Below are positions 1-7,925 of a DNA stretch of 13,144 bases, piece after piece. A program made the translations under genes and the position numbers. The stretch's first letter is position 1. Each line of letters begins with the position of its first letter. The notes below the pieces were generated by a model. The model saw only the letters and a program-made list of their open reading frames with translations. It did not search any database and was not told the DNA's origin. This DNA comes from a virus (Duplodnaviria; Heunggongvirae; Uroviricota; Caudoviricetes). The stretch lies in IMG/VR virus record IMGVR_UViG_2537561709_000009; one strand, written 5' to 3'.

Positions 1-236
1 GCCCTACACTGGTGAAATTCATGATAAACGCTGTCAGCAGCACCACCGTAATCATGGCGATCAGCGAGCAGACGTGTGTAGTTATCCAGCGTAAAGACCA
101 TTTTGACAAAACTGGCGTCGTCGCGGGCCAAAAAGCTGGTGCCAATGATCATCAGGTTGGGCAGAAAGACAAACAACACAAGCCAACCGACAATAGTGAC
201 AATCACTACATTCTGGAACTTACTTGTGTTCTTCAT
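1..236 (-). CDS. potB: Spermidine/putrescine ABC transporter permease PotB, N-terminal fragment (gene continues beyond the window start)
   Basis: Reverse-strand ATG at 236-234 translates to [53 protein letters not shown] with no stop before position 1; matches PotB N-terminus as I recall it. Start overlaps the potA stop (operon coupling). The ORF track missed it because the stop lies outside the window. Confidence 0.9.
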
Positions 237-1356
237 CAGCCAGTACGACCTCCCAGCTTTCTACCCAATTAATGGCCATTTTTTGGTCGAGAGAGTGGTC
301 AAAGTCAGGATCGTCTTCATTGAAGAATTCGCTGACCATCACCATCTTGCCATTTTCCAGTTCAACAACCGACTCCAGCGTCATGCCTTTGTAGTTACGC
401 TCGCGAACGTAACCAATCAGCCCTTCAGCGTGGTTGTCGTCGTTAATCTCTTCAACACGTAAGTCTTCCGGGCGCAGCAGAACATGCAGTTTTTGCCCCG
501 GTTCAACGGCGAAGTTAACGTAGATATTACATTCGCGGCCTTCAACGTTGGCGCGTACGCGCTGCTCGTCGAGACGTTCGATGACAGTGGCGTTAAACAT
601 ATTGATTTCGCCAATGAACCCGGCAACAAACAGGTTTTTCGGCTCTTCGTAGATTTCACGCGGCGTGCCGTCTTGCTCAATGCGACCATCGCGCATCACC
701 ACAATCCTGTCTGACATGGTGAGTGCTTCTTCCTGATCGTGAGTCACGAAGACGAATGTAATGCCAAGCTTACGCTGTAACGCTTTCAGCTCGTTCTGCA
801 TTTGCTTACGCAGTTTGTAATCCAGCGCTGAGAGCGACTCATCCAGCAACAACAGACGAGGCTTGTTAACCACCGCGCGAGCAATGGCGACGCGTTGCTG
901 TTGACCACCAGAGAGCTGATGCGGTTTACGTTGAGCGAAGGTTTCCAGCTGCACCATCCGCAGGGCTTCCATCACGCGGGGCGTAATTTCAGCAGCGGGG
1001 GTTTTTTGCATGCGCAACCCAAAGGCCACATTTTCGAACACGGTCATGTGGGGGAAAAGTGCGTAGCTTTGGAAAACAGTGTTCACATAGCGGTTTTCCG
1101 CCGGAACGTGGGTGATGTCCTCGTTATCCAACATGATGCGTCCGGAATCAACAGTTTCCAGACCTGCAATCAGGCGAAGAACGGTTGTTTTACCGCAGCC
1201 AGAAGGGCCAAGCAGCGTGAGGAACTCGCCATTGTTGATAGTCAGATCCAGCTGGGGAATGACCTCTTTACCATCAAAGCATTTGCGAATTCCCGCCAAT
1301 TGCACCAGCGGTGAAAGCGAACTCGGTTGTTTATTCAATTTTTTACTCTGTCCCAT
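220..1356 (-). CDS. potA: Spermidine/putrescine ABC transporter ATP-binding protein PotA
   Basis: 378-aa ORF with Walker [13 protein letters not shown] signature LSGGQQQR and Walker B LLLLDE; full-length match to E. coli PotA as I recall it. Confidence 0.97.
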
Positions 1357-1605
1357 GTAAACGCAACGGATGGCTTACCGATGCGGGGTTTGTGGTTAAC
1401 CACCTTGGTGACTCTTAATGAGGGCGGTAATTCTACGGCAAACCGCTTGAATCGCCAATCTTTGTTGTGAATTACTGGCTTAGCTTTATATTCATTAAGG
1501 TAATGCTGATAAATATTCCCGCTTGCAGGGGTAAAAGTGACCTGACGCAATATTTGTCTTTTCTTGCTTCTTAATAATGTTGTCACAAAAAGTGAGGGTG
1601 ACTAC

Positions 1606-2832
1606 ATGGATAAACTACTTGAGCGATTTTTGAACTACGTGTCTCTGGATACCCAATCAAAAGCAGGGGTGAGACAGGTTCCCAGCACGGAAGGCCAATG
1701 GAAGTTATTGCATCTGCTGAAAGAGCAGCTCGAAGAGATGGGGCTTATCAATGTGACCTTAAGTGAGAAGGGCACTTTGATGGCGACGTTACCGGCTAAC
1801 GTCCCTGGCGATATCCCGGCGATTGGCTTTATTTCTCATGTGGATACCTCACCGGATTGCAGCGGCAAAAATGTGAATCCGCAAATTGTTGAAAACTATC
1901 GCGGTGGCGATATTGCGCTGGGTATCGGCGATGAAGTTTTATCACCGGTTATGTTCCCGGTGCTGCATCAGCTACTGGGTCAGACGCTGATTACCACCGA
2001 TGGTAAAACCTTGTTAGGTGCCGATGACAAAGCAGGTATTGCAGAAATCATGACCGCGCTGGCGGTATTGCAACAGAAAAACATTCCGCATGGTGATATT
2101 CGCGTCGCCTTTACCCCGGATGAAGAAGTGGGCAAAGGGGCGAAACATTTTGATGTTGATGCCTTCGATGCCCGCTGGGCTTACACTGTTGATGGTGGTG
2201 GCGTAGGCGAACTGGAGTTTGAAAACTTCAACGCCGCATCGGTCAATATCAAAATTGTCGGTAACAATGTTCATCCGGGCACGGCGAAAGGAGTGATGGT
2301 AAATGCGCTGTCGCTGGCGGCACGTATTCATGCGGAAGTTCCGGCGGATGAAAGCCCGGAAATGACAGAAGGCTATGAAGGTTTCTATCACCTGGCGAGC
2401 ATGAAAGGCACCGTTGAACGGGCCGATATGCACTACATCATCCGTGATTTCGACCGTAAACAGTTTGAAGCGCGTAAACGTAAAATGATGGAGATCGCCA
2501 AAAAAGTGGGCAAAGGGTTACATCCTGATTGCTACATTGAATTGGTGATTGAAGACAGTTACTACAATATGCGCGAGAAAGTGGTTGAGCATCCGCATAT
2601 TCTCGATATCGCCCAGCAGGCGATGCGTGACTGCGATATTGAACCGGAACTGAAACCGATCCGCGGCGGTACCGACGGCGCGCAGTTGTCGTTTATGGGA
2701 TTACCGTGCCCGAACCTGTTCACTGGCGGTTACAACTATCATGGTAAGCATGAGTTTGTGACTCTGGAAGGTATGGAAAAAGCGGTGCAGGTGATCGTCC
2801 GTATTGCCGAGTTAACGGCGCAACGGAAGTAA
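1606..2832 (+). CDS. pepT: Peptidase T (tripeptide aminopeptidase, M20 family)
   Basis: ORF track gives 1564-2832; I prefer the internal ATG at 1606 ([17 protein letters not shown]...), which has a GAGGGTG Shine-Dalgarno at 1594-1600 and gives the 408-aa length I recall for PepT. Confidence 0.95.
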   Translation: MDKLLERFLNYVSLDTQSKAGVRQVPSTEGQWKLLHLLKEQLEEMGLINVTLSEKGTLMATLPANVPGDIPAIGFISHVDTSPDCSGKNVNPQIVENYRGGDIALGIGDEVLSPVMFPVLHQLLGQTLITTDGKTLLGADDKAGIAEIMTALAVLQQKNIPHGDIRVAFTPDEEVGKGAKHFDVDAFDARWAYTVDGGGVGELEFENFNAASVNIKIVGNNVHPGTAKGVMVNALSLAARIHAEVPADESPEMTEGYEGFYHLASMKGTVERADMHYIIRDFDRKQFEARKRKMMEIAKKVGKGLHPDCYIELVIEDSYYNMREKVVEHPHILDIAQQAMRDCDIEPELKPIRGGTDGAQLSFMGLPCPNLFTGGYNYHGKHEFVTLEGMEKAVQVIVRIAELTAQRK

Positions 2833-2840
2833 GCGAAAAG

Positions 2841-2865
2841 GGATGCGGCATGTGATGCCGCATCC
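2841..2865. terminator. Palindromic hairpin between convergent pepT and roxA (bidirectional terminator, REP-like)
   Basis: GGATGCGGCAT / GTG / ATGCCGCATCC: 11-bp perfect stem with 3-nt loop, 9 nt after the pepT stop and 16 nt after the roxA stop. No clean U-run on either side, so it may act as a REP-like stabiliser rather than a classical intrinsic terminator. Confidence 0.55.
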
Positions 2866-2880
2866 GGCTTAAATCCAAAC

Positions 2881-4002
2881 TTACCCTTCGAAGAACCAAT
2901 ACCCGCTATTGACCAGCGCCGCGAGCATCGCGAGGAATGACGGATCTTCCAGCGCATCGCCAAAATTCTCCGCAGTCAGCGCAATGTTGCTGGCGAGTGC
3001 ATCCAGTGCCGGACGGTGCGGGGAATCGATCTTCTCACCATTGGTATACACGTCGTCGCCAATGCGCAATACGCGCAGACCACCCAGGCGCACCAGCACA
3101 TCACCTTGTTTCAGCGCATCGTAGATTTCATCTGGCTGATAAGGCGGCTCCGGCGGCGCGATATCCAGTTCATGACGTGACTGGGATATAAACTCGCCAA
3201 ACCATTGCTTAAAGTGTTCCGGCTGGTTGATCAATTCGAGCATCATCTCACGCAGTTTATCCATCTCTTGCGGCAGAACGTCCGCAGGATGAGCGCGAGG
3301 TGGAACATCAGGATCGCTGTAGTAGTTGCCGCCCAGTTCGCGTTGCAGCACATAATCGGCAAATCCGCTAATTAATTCCCGCGTATTTGGCGCGCGAAAA
3401 CCCACGGAATAGTTCATCGCATTTTCCAGCGCGTAGCCTTCATGCGGGAATCCTGGCGGAATATAAAGAATATCGCCAGGCTCCAGCTCTTCATCGATGA
3501 TGGCTTCGAACGGATCGACCTGTAACAGATCCGGATGTGGGCAGTGCTGTTTCATTTGCAGCTTCTCGCCCACTCGCCAGCGACGACGTCCGGTACCCTG
3601 AATGATAAACACGTCGTACTGATCGAGATGCGGGCCGACGCCGCCGCCAGGTACAGAAAAAGAGATCATCAGATCATCAATACGCCAGTCCGGTAGTTCA
3701 CGGAACGGTCGCATCAGCGCGGCGGTCGGCTCATGCCAGTGGTTCACTGCTTGCACTAACAATGACCAGTTAGTTTCACCGAGATGATCGTAGCTTTCGA
3801 ACGGACCGTGGCTGACCTGCCATTTTCCATCCTGGTGACTGACCAGTCGACTGTCGACTTCGCTTTCCATCGCCAGACCCGCCAACTCGTCTGGAGAGAT
3901 CGGGTCAATAAAATTATTAAAGCCGCGTTTTAACACCACCGGGCGTTTCTGCCAGTGACGTTCAAGAAAATCGGGCCAGTTAAGAGTGAGTTGGTATTCC
4001 AT
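2881..4002 (-). CDS. roxA: Ribosomal protein uL16 arginine hydroxylase RoxA/YcfD (JmjC/cupin 2-oxoglutarate oxygenase)
   Basis: ORF track gives 2881-4011 (MLNMEYQ...); start at 4002 (MEYQLTLNWPDFLERHWQKRP...) gives the 373-aa product I recall. Contains the cupin/JmjC-like region (YIPPGFPHEGYALENAMNYSVGFRAP). Start choice 4002 versus 4011 is unresolved. Confidence 0.93.
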   Translation of the reverse strand: MEYQLTLNWPDFLERHWQKRPVVLKRGFNNFIDPISPDELAGLAMESEVDSRLVSHQDGKWQVSHGPFESYDHLGETNWSLLVQAVNHWHEPTAALMRPFRELPDWRIDDLMISFSVPGGGVGPHLDQYDVFIIQGTGRRRWRVGEKLQMKQHCPHPDLLQVDPFEAIIDEELEPGDILYIPPGFPHEGYALENAMNYSVGFRAPNTRELISGFADYVLQRELGGNYYSDPDVPPRAHPADVLPQEMDKLREMMLELINQPEHFKQWFGEFISQSRHELDIAPPEPPYQPDEIYDALKQGDVLVRLGGLRVLRIGDDVYTNGEKIDSPHRPALDALASNIALTAENFGDALEDPSFLAMLAALVNSGYWFFEG

Positions 4003-4204
4003 GTTAAGCATCCACAGGCTGGTATCTGCAACCGATTATAACGGATGCTTAACGTAATGCGTGAAGTATGGACATATTTTATCAATTAGTGTTTTTTGCC
4101 GTTTCATAATGTTTCAGATTGTTCATTATATTTTTGATTATAAACAGATTTGTGATTTTCCTTGTTCCAGCTTGTTTCACGTTGTAGCCCTTTGTGCAAC
4201 GATC

Positions 4205-4228
4205 GGTGTAGTTAATGGTGTAGTTAAT
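4205..4228 (+). repeat. Perfect tandem direct repeat GGTGTAGTTAAT x2 abutting the integrase start
   Basis: Units at 4205-4216 and 4217-4228 are identical; a related GTTGTAG lies at about 4181-4187. The repeat ends 1-2 nt before the int GTG/ATG. Confidence 0.6.
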
Positions 4229-4229
4229 T

Positions 4230-5480
4230 GTGATGACCGGAATCAAAATTATGAGCAGAGCACTTAACAAACTGAGCGATACACAGCTGAGGAAAATCAA
4301 CGGCACACCCGCCCAAAAAACAGCCTTTCTTAATGACGGTGGAAACCTGAGCGTCAGGCATTCAACCAGTGGCCTTTTAACCTGGTATTTCACTTACAGG
4401 GCCGGAACGGGAAGGGGGGCACCACCGGAACGCATTAAGCTGGGAAATTATCCTGATCTGAGCCTGAAATCAGCCAGGGAAAAAGCCGCCCAGTGTCGCG
4501 CATGGCTGGCAGAGGGGAAAAATCCACGTCATGAGCTTAATTACACCGTACAGGAAGCGTTAAAGCCGGTAACGGTTGGCGATGCGCTCACCTACTGGCT
4601 TGAGTCGTACGCAAAGGAAAACCGCGTGGATTATGCCGCCCTGAAAAAGCGCCTTAATAATCACGTAATACAGCACATTGGTGCTATGCCGCTGGATAAA
4701 TGCGAGCTACGGCACTGGCTGGCCTGTTTTGACCAGGTGGCAAAGCGAACGCCTGTTACTGCCGGATTCTTGCTACAGACGTGCAAACAGGCGCTTAAGT
4801 TCTGCCGGAGGCGGCGCTATGCAATCAGCAACGTTCTTGATGATATGAGTGTGGCGGACGTTGGGAAAAAACCGGATATAAGCGAGCGTGTCTTAAGCAC
4901 CAAAGAACTGGGCGAATTATTGCAGGCACTGGACAAAAAAATATTCTCCCCCTACTACATCGCGTTAATCCGCCTCCTGATTGTGTTCGGATGCCGGACG
5001 GTAGAACTGAGGTTATCGGAGATCAGCGAGTGGGATTTTACCGAAATGCTCTGGACCGTTCCGAAGGAGCACAGCAAAACGAAGGTAGCCATATTCCGGC
5101 CTATACCGGAAGCAATACTGCCGTTCATCACGCAGCTGGTGGAGCAGAACAGGCACACGGGCTTATTGCTGGGGGAAGTGAAACAGGAGGCCAGCGTATC
5201 GCAGTATGGAAGATTAGCGCACAGGAGGCTTAATCACCCTCACTGGTCACTGCATGACATCCGGCGCACCTTTACAACCATGCTGAACGATTTAGGCGTT
5301 GATCCGCATGTCGTGGAGCAGCTTACAGGCCACCAGATGCCAGGAATGCAGCGAGTTTATAATCATTCCCGTTATCTGGATGCGAAACGCAATGCGCTGG
5401 ATATGTGGACGGAGCGGTTAGGGATACTGGCGGGAACACATGAAAACGTAACCACGCTACCAGTAGCCAGAAGAAAATAA
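4230..5480 (+). CDS. int: Tyrosine recombinase / phage integrase (P4/CP4-57-like, with N-terminal arm-DNA-binding-type domain)
   Basis: 416-aa ORF. N-terminus has the LSDTQLRK...GGNLSVR...WYFTYR pattern typical of the arm-binding domain of P4-like integrases. C-terminal catalytic region has R...HxxRxT (HDIRRT) and a terminal tyrosine region (RVYNHSRY). Start is ambiguous: GTG 4230, ATG 4233 or ATG 4251; none has a strong Shine-Dalgarno. Confidence 0.9.
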   Translation: MMTGIKIMSRALNKLSDTQLRKINGTPAQKTAFLNDGGNLSVRHSTSGLLTWYFTYRAGTGRGAPPERIKLGNYPDLSLKSAREKAAQCRAWLAEGKNPRHELNYTVQEALKPVTVGDALTYWLESYAKENRVDYAALKKRLNNHVIQHIGAMPLDKCELRHWLACFDQVAKRTPVTAGFLLQTCKQALKFCRRRRYAISNVLDDMSVADVGKKPDISERVLSTKELGELLQALDKKIFSPYYIALIRLLIVFGCRTVELRLSEISEWDFTEMLWTVPKEHSKTKVAIFRPIPEAILPFITQLVEQNRHTGLLLGEVKQEASVSQYGRLAHRRLNHPHWSLHDIRRTFTTMLNDLGVDPHVVEQLTGHQMPGMQRVYNHSRYLDAKRNALDMWTERLGILAGTHENVTTLPVARRK

Positions 5481-5497
5481 TTTTTTTCGTGTTTTTT

Positions 5498-5513
5498 CAG
5501 TATGCGCATACTG
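5498..5513. repeat. 16-bp perfect palindrome CAGTATGCGCATACTG downstream of int
   Basis: Verified self-complementary; lies 18 nt after the int stop, following a T-rich tract. Likely a dimeric protein-binding site or stem-loop. Confidence 0.6.
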
Positions 5514-5526
5514 GATATGCGAACAG

Positions 5527-5575
5527 ATACAACGTGCAACAATGAGCAACAATGTGGAACAACTACGAACAAGAG
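5527..5575 (+). repeat. Helically phased tandem decamers (consensus GCAACAATG-like), about five units
   Basis: GCAACAATGA (5536-5545), GCAACAATGT (5546-5555), GGAACAACTA (5556-5565), CGAACAAGAG (5566-5575), plus a degenerate unit at 5527-5536; AACA recurs with an exact 10-bp period. Confidence 0.55.
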
Positions 5576-5844
5576 GCGAAAAAGCGTACGGATTTATAAG
5601 TAGCTGATTTTTAATGTGTTACTGGTTTTTTATACACTAGCGAATCACTCTTTAAAGAGCGAGAAAAAAGGCATGGAACAATATTTTATGCCTTTGTATT
5701 AACATGAATTTAAAAGATTTTATTCTTACTTTTTCATTTTCTGTAAATCATACATCCTCAGTATTTGCCATTCATCACTCTAGCGGGAACAATACGACAC
5801 AATAAGACACCTGATGACTCTTTAAGAAACGAAAGGGGGCAATA

Positions 5845-6033
5845 GTGTTAAGCACTGATCGGTTTATACGTGAAAAAGAATGCGAAAAACTAACCGGCCT
5901 TAGCCGTACGTGTCGCTACCGCCTGGAAAAGGCCGGACAATTCCCATCACGTCGTAAACTTGGCGGTCGTTCCGTTGGCTGGTCTTTATCCGAGGTTCTG
6001 GCCTGGAAGGATAGCTGCAAGGCAGTTCATTAA
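5845..6033 (+). CDS. alpA: AlpA-family phage transcriptional regulator (excisionase-like HTH)
   Basis: 62-aa ORF from GTG 5845 with AAGGGGG Shine-Dalgarno at 5833-5839. Helix-turn-helix segment LTGLSRTCRYRLEKAGQFP and C-terminal GWSLSEVLAW resemble AlpA of CP4-57 as recalled. Same orientation as int and downstream of it, as in CP4-57-type elements. Confidence 0.8.
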   Translation: MLSTDRFIREKECEKLTGLSRTCRYRLEKAGQFPSRRKLGGRSVGWSLSEVLAWKDSCKAVH

Positions 6034-6179
6034 TCACGCTGGCGGCACACAGCCGCCACACATCAATCATCTGAACACAGAGCTATAACCATGAAGATTG
6101 AATATACGCCAGAACGTGGGCGGGGATTCGTTCGCCCTGGTGAGACTGGAAAACCACAAAATTGGGGTTTTTCAGGCAT

Positions 6180-6207
6180 AAAAAAAGCGGCCCCGAAATG
6201 GAGCCGC
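6180..6207 (-). terminator. Candidate intrinsic terminator for a minus-strand transcript (Arc-like operon)
   Basis: On the minus strand GCGGC / 11-nt loop / GCCGC is followed by seven U (plus-strand A-run 6180-6186). The stem is only 5 bp, so this is weak. Confidence 0.35.
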
Positions 6208-6302
6208 CTTTCTGAACAGATAACCCGCTGCGCCTTATGTGTATATGATCCCAAACATAAGCACGGGGATGATAGCCGCTATCAGGCTGGTGGGCAATGC
6301 TA

Positions 6303-6491
6303 TCAGTCTGGTTCAGTTCGTTGCCATACCTGCAATGGGCGCGTTTCCCTGTACTCTTTAAGGAATTGCTCAAGGGCAAAAGCACATGGCGCGAATCTTT
6401 CTGATTCATGCTCTATCTTTCTGCGCCGTCTTTTCCGTGCCGGTGATAATGTTTTGGTCAATTCTTTATCGGTCATTGTGTTGTCCTGCAT
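6303..6491 (-). CDS. Hypothetical small basic protein downstream of the Arc-like gene (coding status uncertain)
   Basis: 62-aa ORF (MQDNTMTDKELTKTLSPARKRRRRKIEHESERFAPCAFALEQFLKEYRETRPLQVWQRTEPD). An internal ATG at 6476 has an AGGA 7 nt upstream. Lies between the Arc-like stop and the candidate minus-strand terminator. No recognisable family. Confidence 0.25.
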   Translation of the reverse strand: MQDNTMTDKELTKTLSPARKRRRRKIEHESERFAPCAFALEQFLKEYRETRPLQVWQRTEPD

Positions 6492-6533
6492 AGCAATGCG
6501 CCGTAATACCTCACACCACGGCGCTGATAGTTT

Positions 6534-6707
6534 TTATCCTTTGGGTTCTATGCCGCGTTGCTGTAATTCTTTGCGGAGAACGCGTTTAATCCAAGTGGCT
6601 AAAGATGTGTCGCCATCGGCCTTAGCAGCTTCTTCTAGCTGCGCTCTGAAGTCTTCCGGTAATCGCATTTGGTATGGAGGCGAACGTTTTTCTAATGGTG
6701 TTGACAT
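6534..6707 (-). CDS. Arc/MetJ-type ribbon-helix-helix DNA-binding protein (putative element repressor); not in the ORF track
   Basis: Hand-translated 57 aa: MSTPLEKRSPPYQMRLPEDFRAQLEEAAKADGDTSLATWIKRVLRKELQQRGIEPKG. N-terminal beta-strand (YQMRLPEDF) followed by two helices matches the Arc-like ribbon-helix-helix pattern. AAGGG Shine-Dalgarno 8 nt upstream of the ATG. Divergent from the downstream plus-strand operon. Confidence 0.7.
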   Translation of the reverse strand: MSTPLEKRSPPYQMRLPEDFRAQLEEAAKADGDTSLATWIKRVLRKELQQRGIEPKG

Positions 6708-6775
6708 GGTAATTACCCTTTATTGCTATACCTACATGGTAATTACCATTGTACTTGCTATTACACAAAAATCAA
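6704..6775 (-). promoter_or_regulatory. Promoter of the Arc-like gene with two palindromic operator candidates (GGTAATTACC)
   Basis: Minus strand: -35 TTGATT (6775-6770), 16-nt spacer, -10 TACAAT (6753-6748). Perfect palindrome GGTAATTACC at 6738-6747 (directly after the -10) and at 6708-6717 (overlapping the Shine-Dalgarno, abutting the ATG). Each sits in a 14-bp direct repeat ACATGGTAATTACC, 30 bp apart. Confidence 0.5.
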
Positions 6776-6837
6776 CGCCCCGCAGTGCTGGGAACACATA
6801 CGGGGCGTCTAACCAACAACGTAAACTAGGAGCCGTT

Positions 6838-7035
6838 ATGGTTGCCGTAAATCATATACCACACCTTGTACACACACAAACGGCCTTTGTGTGGCGTTTT
6901 CTGGCACTGAGTGCCGGAGAATCTCAAATCATCCACGTAACCGCCTGGACGGAACGCGAAGCGCGTAACCGTTGCCCGTCCGGTTGTGTTGCTGTATTTG
7001 CCGCCCGTATTCGTCAGGAGGTGCGCCATGATTAA
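6838..7035 (+). CDS. Small protein, Icd-like (P4 host-cell-division-inhibitor-like) by recalled motif
   Basis: 65 aa, MVAVNHIPHLVHTQTAFVWRFLALSAGESQIIHVTAWTEREARNRCPSGCVAVFAARIRQEVRHD; AGGAG Shine-Dalgarno at 6828-6832. This is the only credibly coding part of the 314-aa track ORF 6091-7035. Family assignment rests on memory of the FxWRF...EREAR...FAARI pattern and is unverified. Confidence 0.6.
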   Translation: MVAVNHIPHLVHTQTAFVWRFLALSAGESQIIHVTAWTEREARNRCPSGCVAVFAARIRQEVRHD

Positions 7036-7240
7036 TCTGTCACTTACTGACCTTAACCGCATTCAGTTTCGTGAGAAATTCACAGGGCAGCTACTGGTCA
7101 ATGTGGATAAAGGTCGCGTGGTGTGTAATTACCACTTACCAGATGAAGCAATTGTCGCCACAAGGGAATCATTACAGGAAATCACAAAACGTGCCGGAAT
7201 GATTAACACGAATATTCAGGGGATGCTTTATGCACAATAA
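7028..7240 (+). CDS. Hypothetical protein (70 aa)
   Basis: ATG 7028 with AGGAGG 5 nt upstream; start overlaps the upstream stop (7033-7035). Track ORF 6986-7240 trimmed to this start. Confidence 0.65.
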   Translation: MINLSLTDLNRIQFREKFTGQLLVNVDKGRVVCNYHLPDEAIVATRESLQEITKRAGMINTNIQGMLYAQ

Positions 7241-7694
7241 AACCACACCGGACGCAGCCGCCGAAGCCATCAAAACGCTGATGCACGCGCTGATTGATAT
7301 TTCTGTTATCGCGGACAGGGCACATAAGCACGCCACCAGCGAAACAGAATATGCCGGTGCTTTCGTTCCTCACTCACTGGCTGTCATGCAATTTAGTGCT
7401 GATACGGCGCTGAATGAGGCCAAAGCTATCCTGATTGCTGATTGTGAAAATGGGGGGGTTATGCGTGATGATCGTTTTAATTCCCTGAAACAGGAATTTT
7501 CCGGCGTTCCTGATGATGCGGCTGATGCGCTTTCGTCAATGCCAGAACTTATTAGAGCGGCTTTTTTCTTACTTTCCACGAGAGAATATAAATCAACGGG
7601 GCTTGATGTACTGAATATCGCCGCCGATTATGCGGAATATGTGGCAGAGGCGCGTTATAGAAGAAAATTTCCTGAGGATGTAAGCCATGCGTGA
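7230..7694 (+). CDS. Hypothetical protein (154 aa), predicted helical
   Basis: ATG 7230 overlaps the upstream stop (7238-7240); GGGG-type Shine-Dalgarno upstream. No recognisable motif. Confidence 0.75.
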   Translation: MHNKTTPDAAAEAIKTLMHALIDISVIADRAHKHATSETEYAGAFVPHSLAVMQFSADTALNEAKAILIADCENGGVMRDDRFNSLKQEFSGVPDDAADALSSMPELIRAAFFLLSTREYKSTGLDVLNIAADYAEYVAEARYRRKFPEDVSHA

Positions 7695-7920
7695 TATTTA
7701 CCACCAAACAATAGACCGCGCATTTCTTGCACTTTCTCACAGTGAAAACATGATGGAAATATTGCGCATATGGCTTGAAACACTTGGCGACAATGAACGC
7801 GACAAACAAAAATCAAGAATTGCCACGGCATTAATAACGCTTCTTGAGCCTGTAATAATGGAACTGCAAGAAATAGATCTATTGCACGACAGATATAAAG
7901 AACAGCACACCGGAGAATAA
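7687..7920 (+). CDS. Hypothetical protein (77 aa)
   Basis: ATG 7687 overlaps the upstream stop (ATGCGTGA); GAGGA Shine-Dalgarno 8 nt upstream. Confidence 0.65.
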   Translation: MRDIYHQTIDRAFLALSHSENMMEILRIWLETLGDNERDKQKSRIATALITLLEPVIMELQEIDLLHDRYKEQHTGE

Positions 7921-7925
7921 AAATA

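Noticed and set aside
12-462. Plus-strand ORFs 12-272 and 103-462
   Set aside because: Antisense to potB and potA, which are confidently identified on the minus strand.
1537-1550. Possible FNR/CRP-type site (GTGACCTGACGCAA) in the potA-pepT divergent promoter region
   Set aside because: Only about 6 of 10 matches to the FNR half-sites; I cannot support it from sequence alone, although pepT is reported to be anaerobically regulated in Salmonella.
4061-4393. ORFs 4061-4267 (plus) and 4082-4393 (minus) in the region between roxA and int
   Set aside because: AT-rich junction sequence; hydrophobic low-complexity translations; the minus ORF overlaps the integrase N-terminus.
4012-5844. Looked for a tRNA or tmRNA gene as the integration target
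   Set aside because: No T-loop-like GGTTCGAATCC-type motif or cloverleaf candidate found near the integrase; the element appears to use a non-tRNA site.
6091-7035. 314-aa plus-strand ORF, the longest unassigned ORF in the track
   Set aside because: It runs antisense through the Arc-like gene and across the operator and promoter region, has no Shine-Dalgarno at 6091, and has an unprotein-like Cys/Ser/Arg-rich composition. Only its last 65 codons (from ATG 6838 with AGGAG) look like a real gene.
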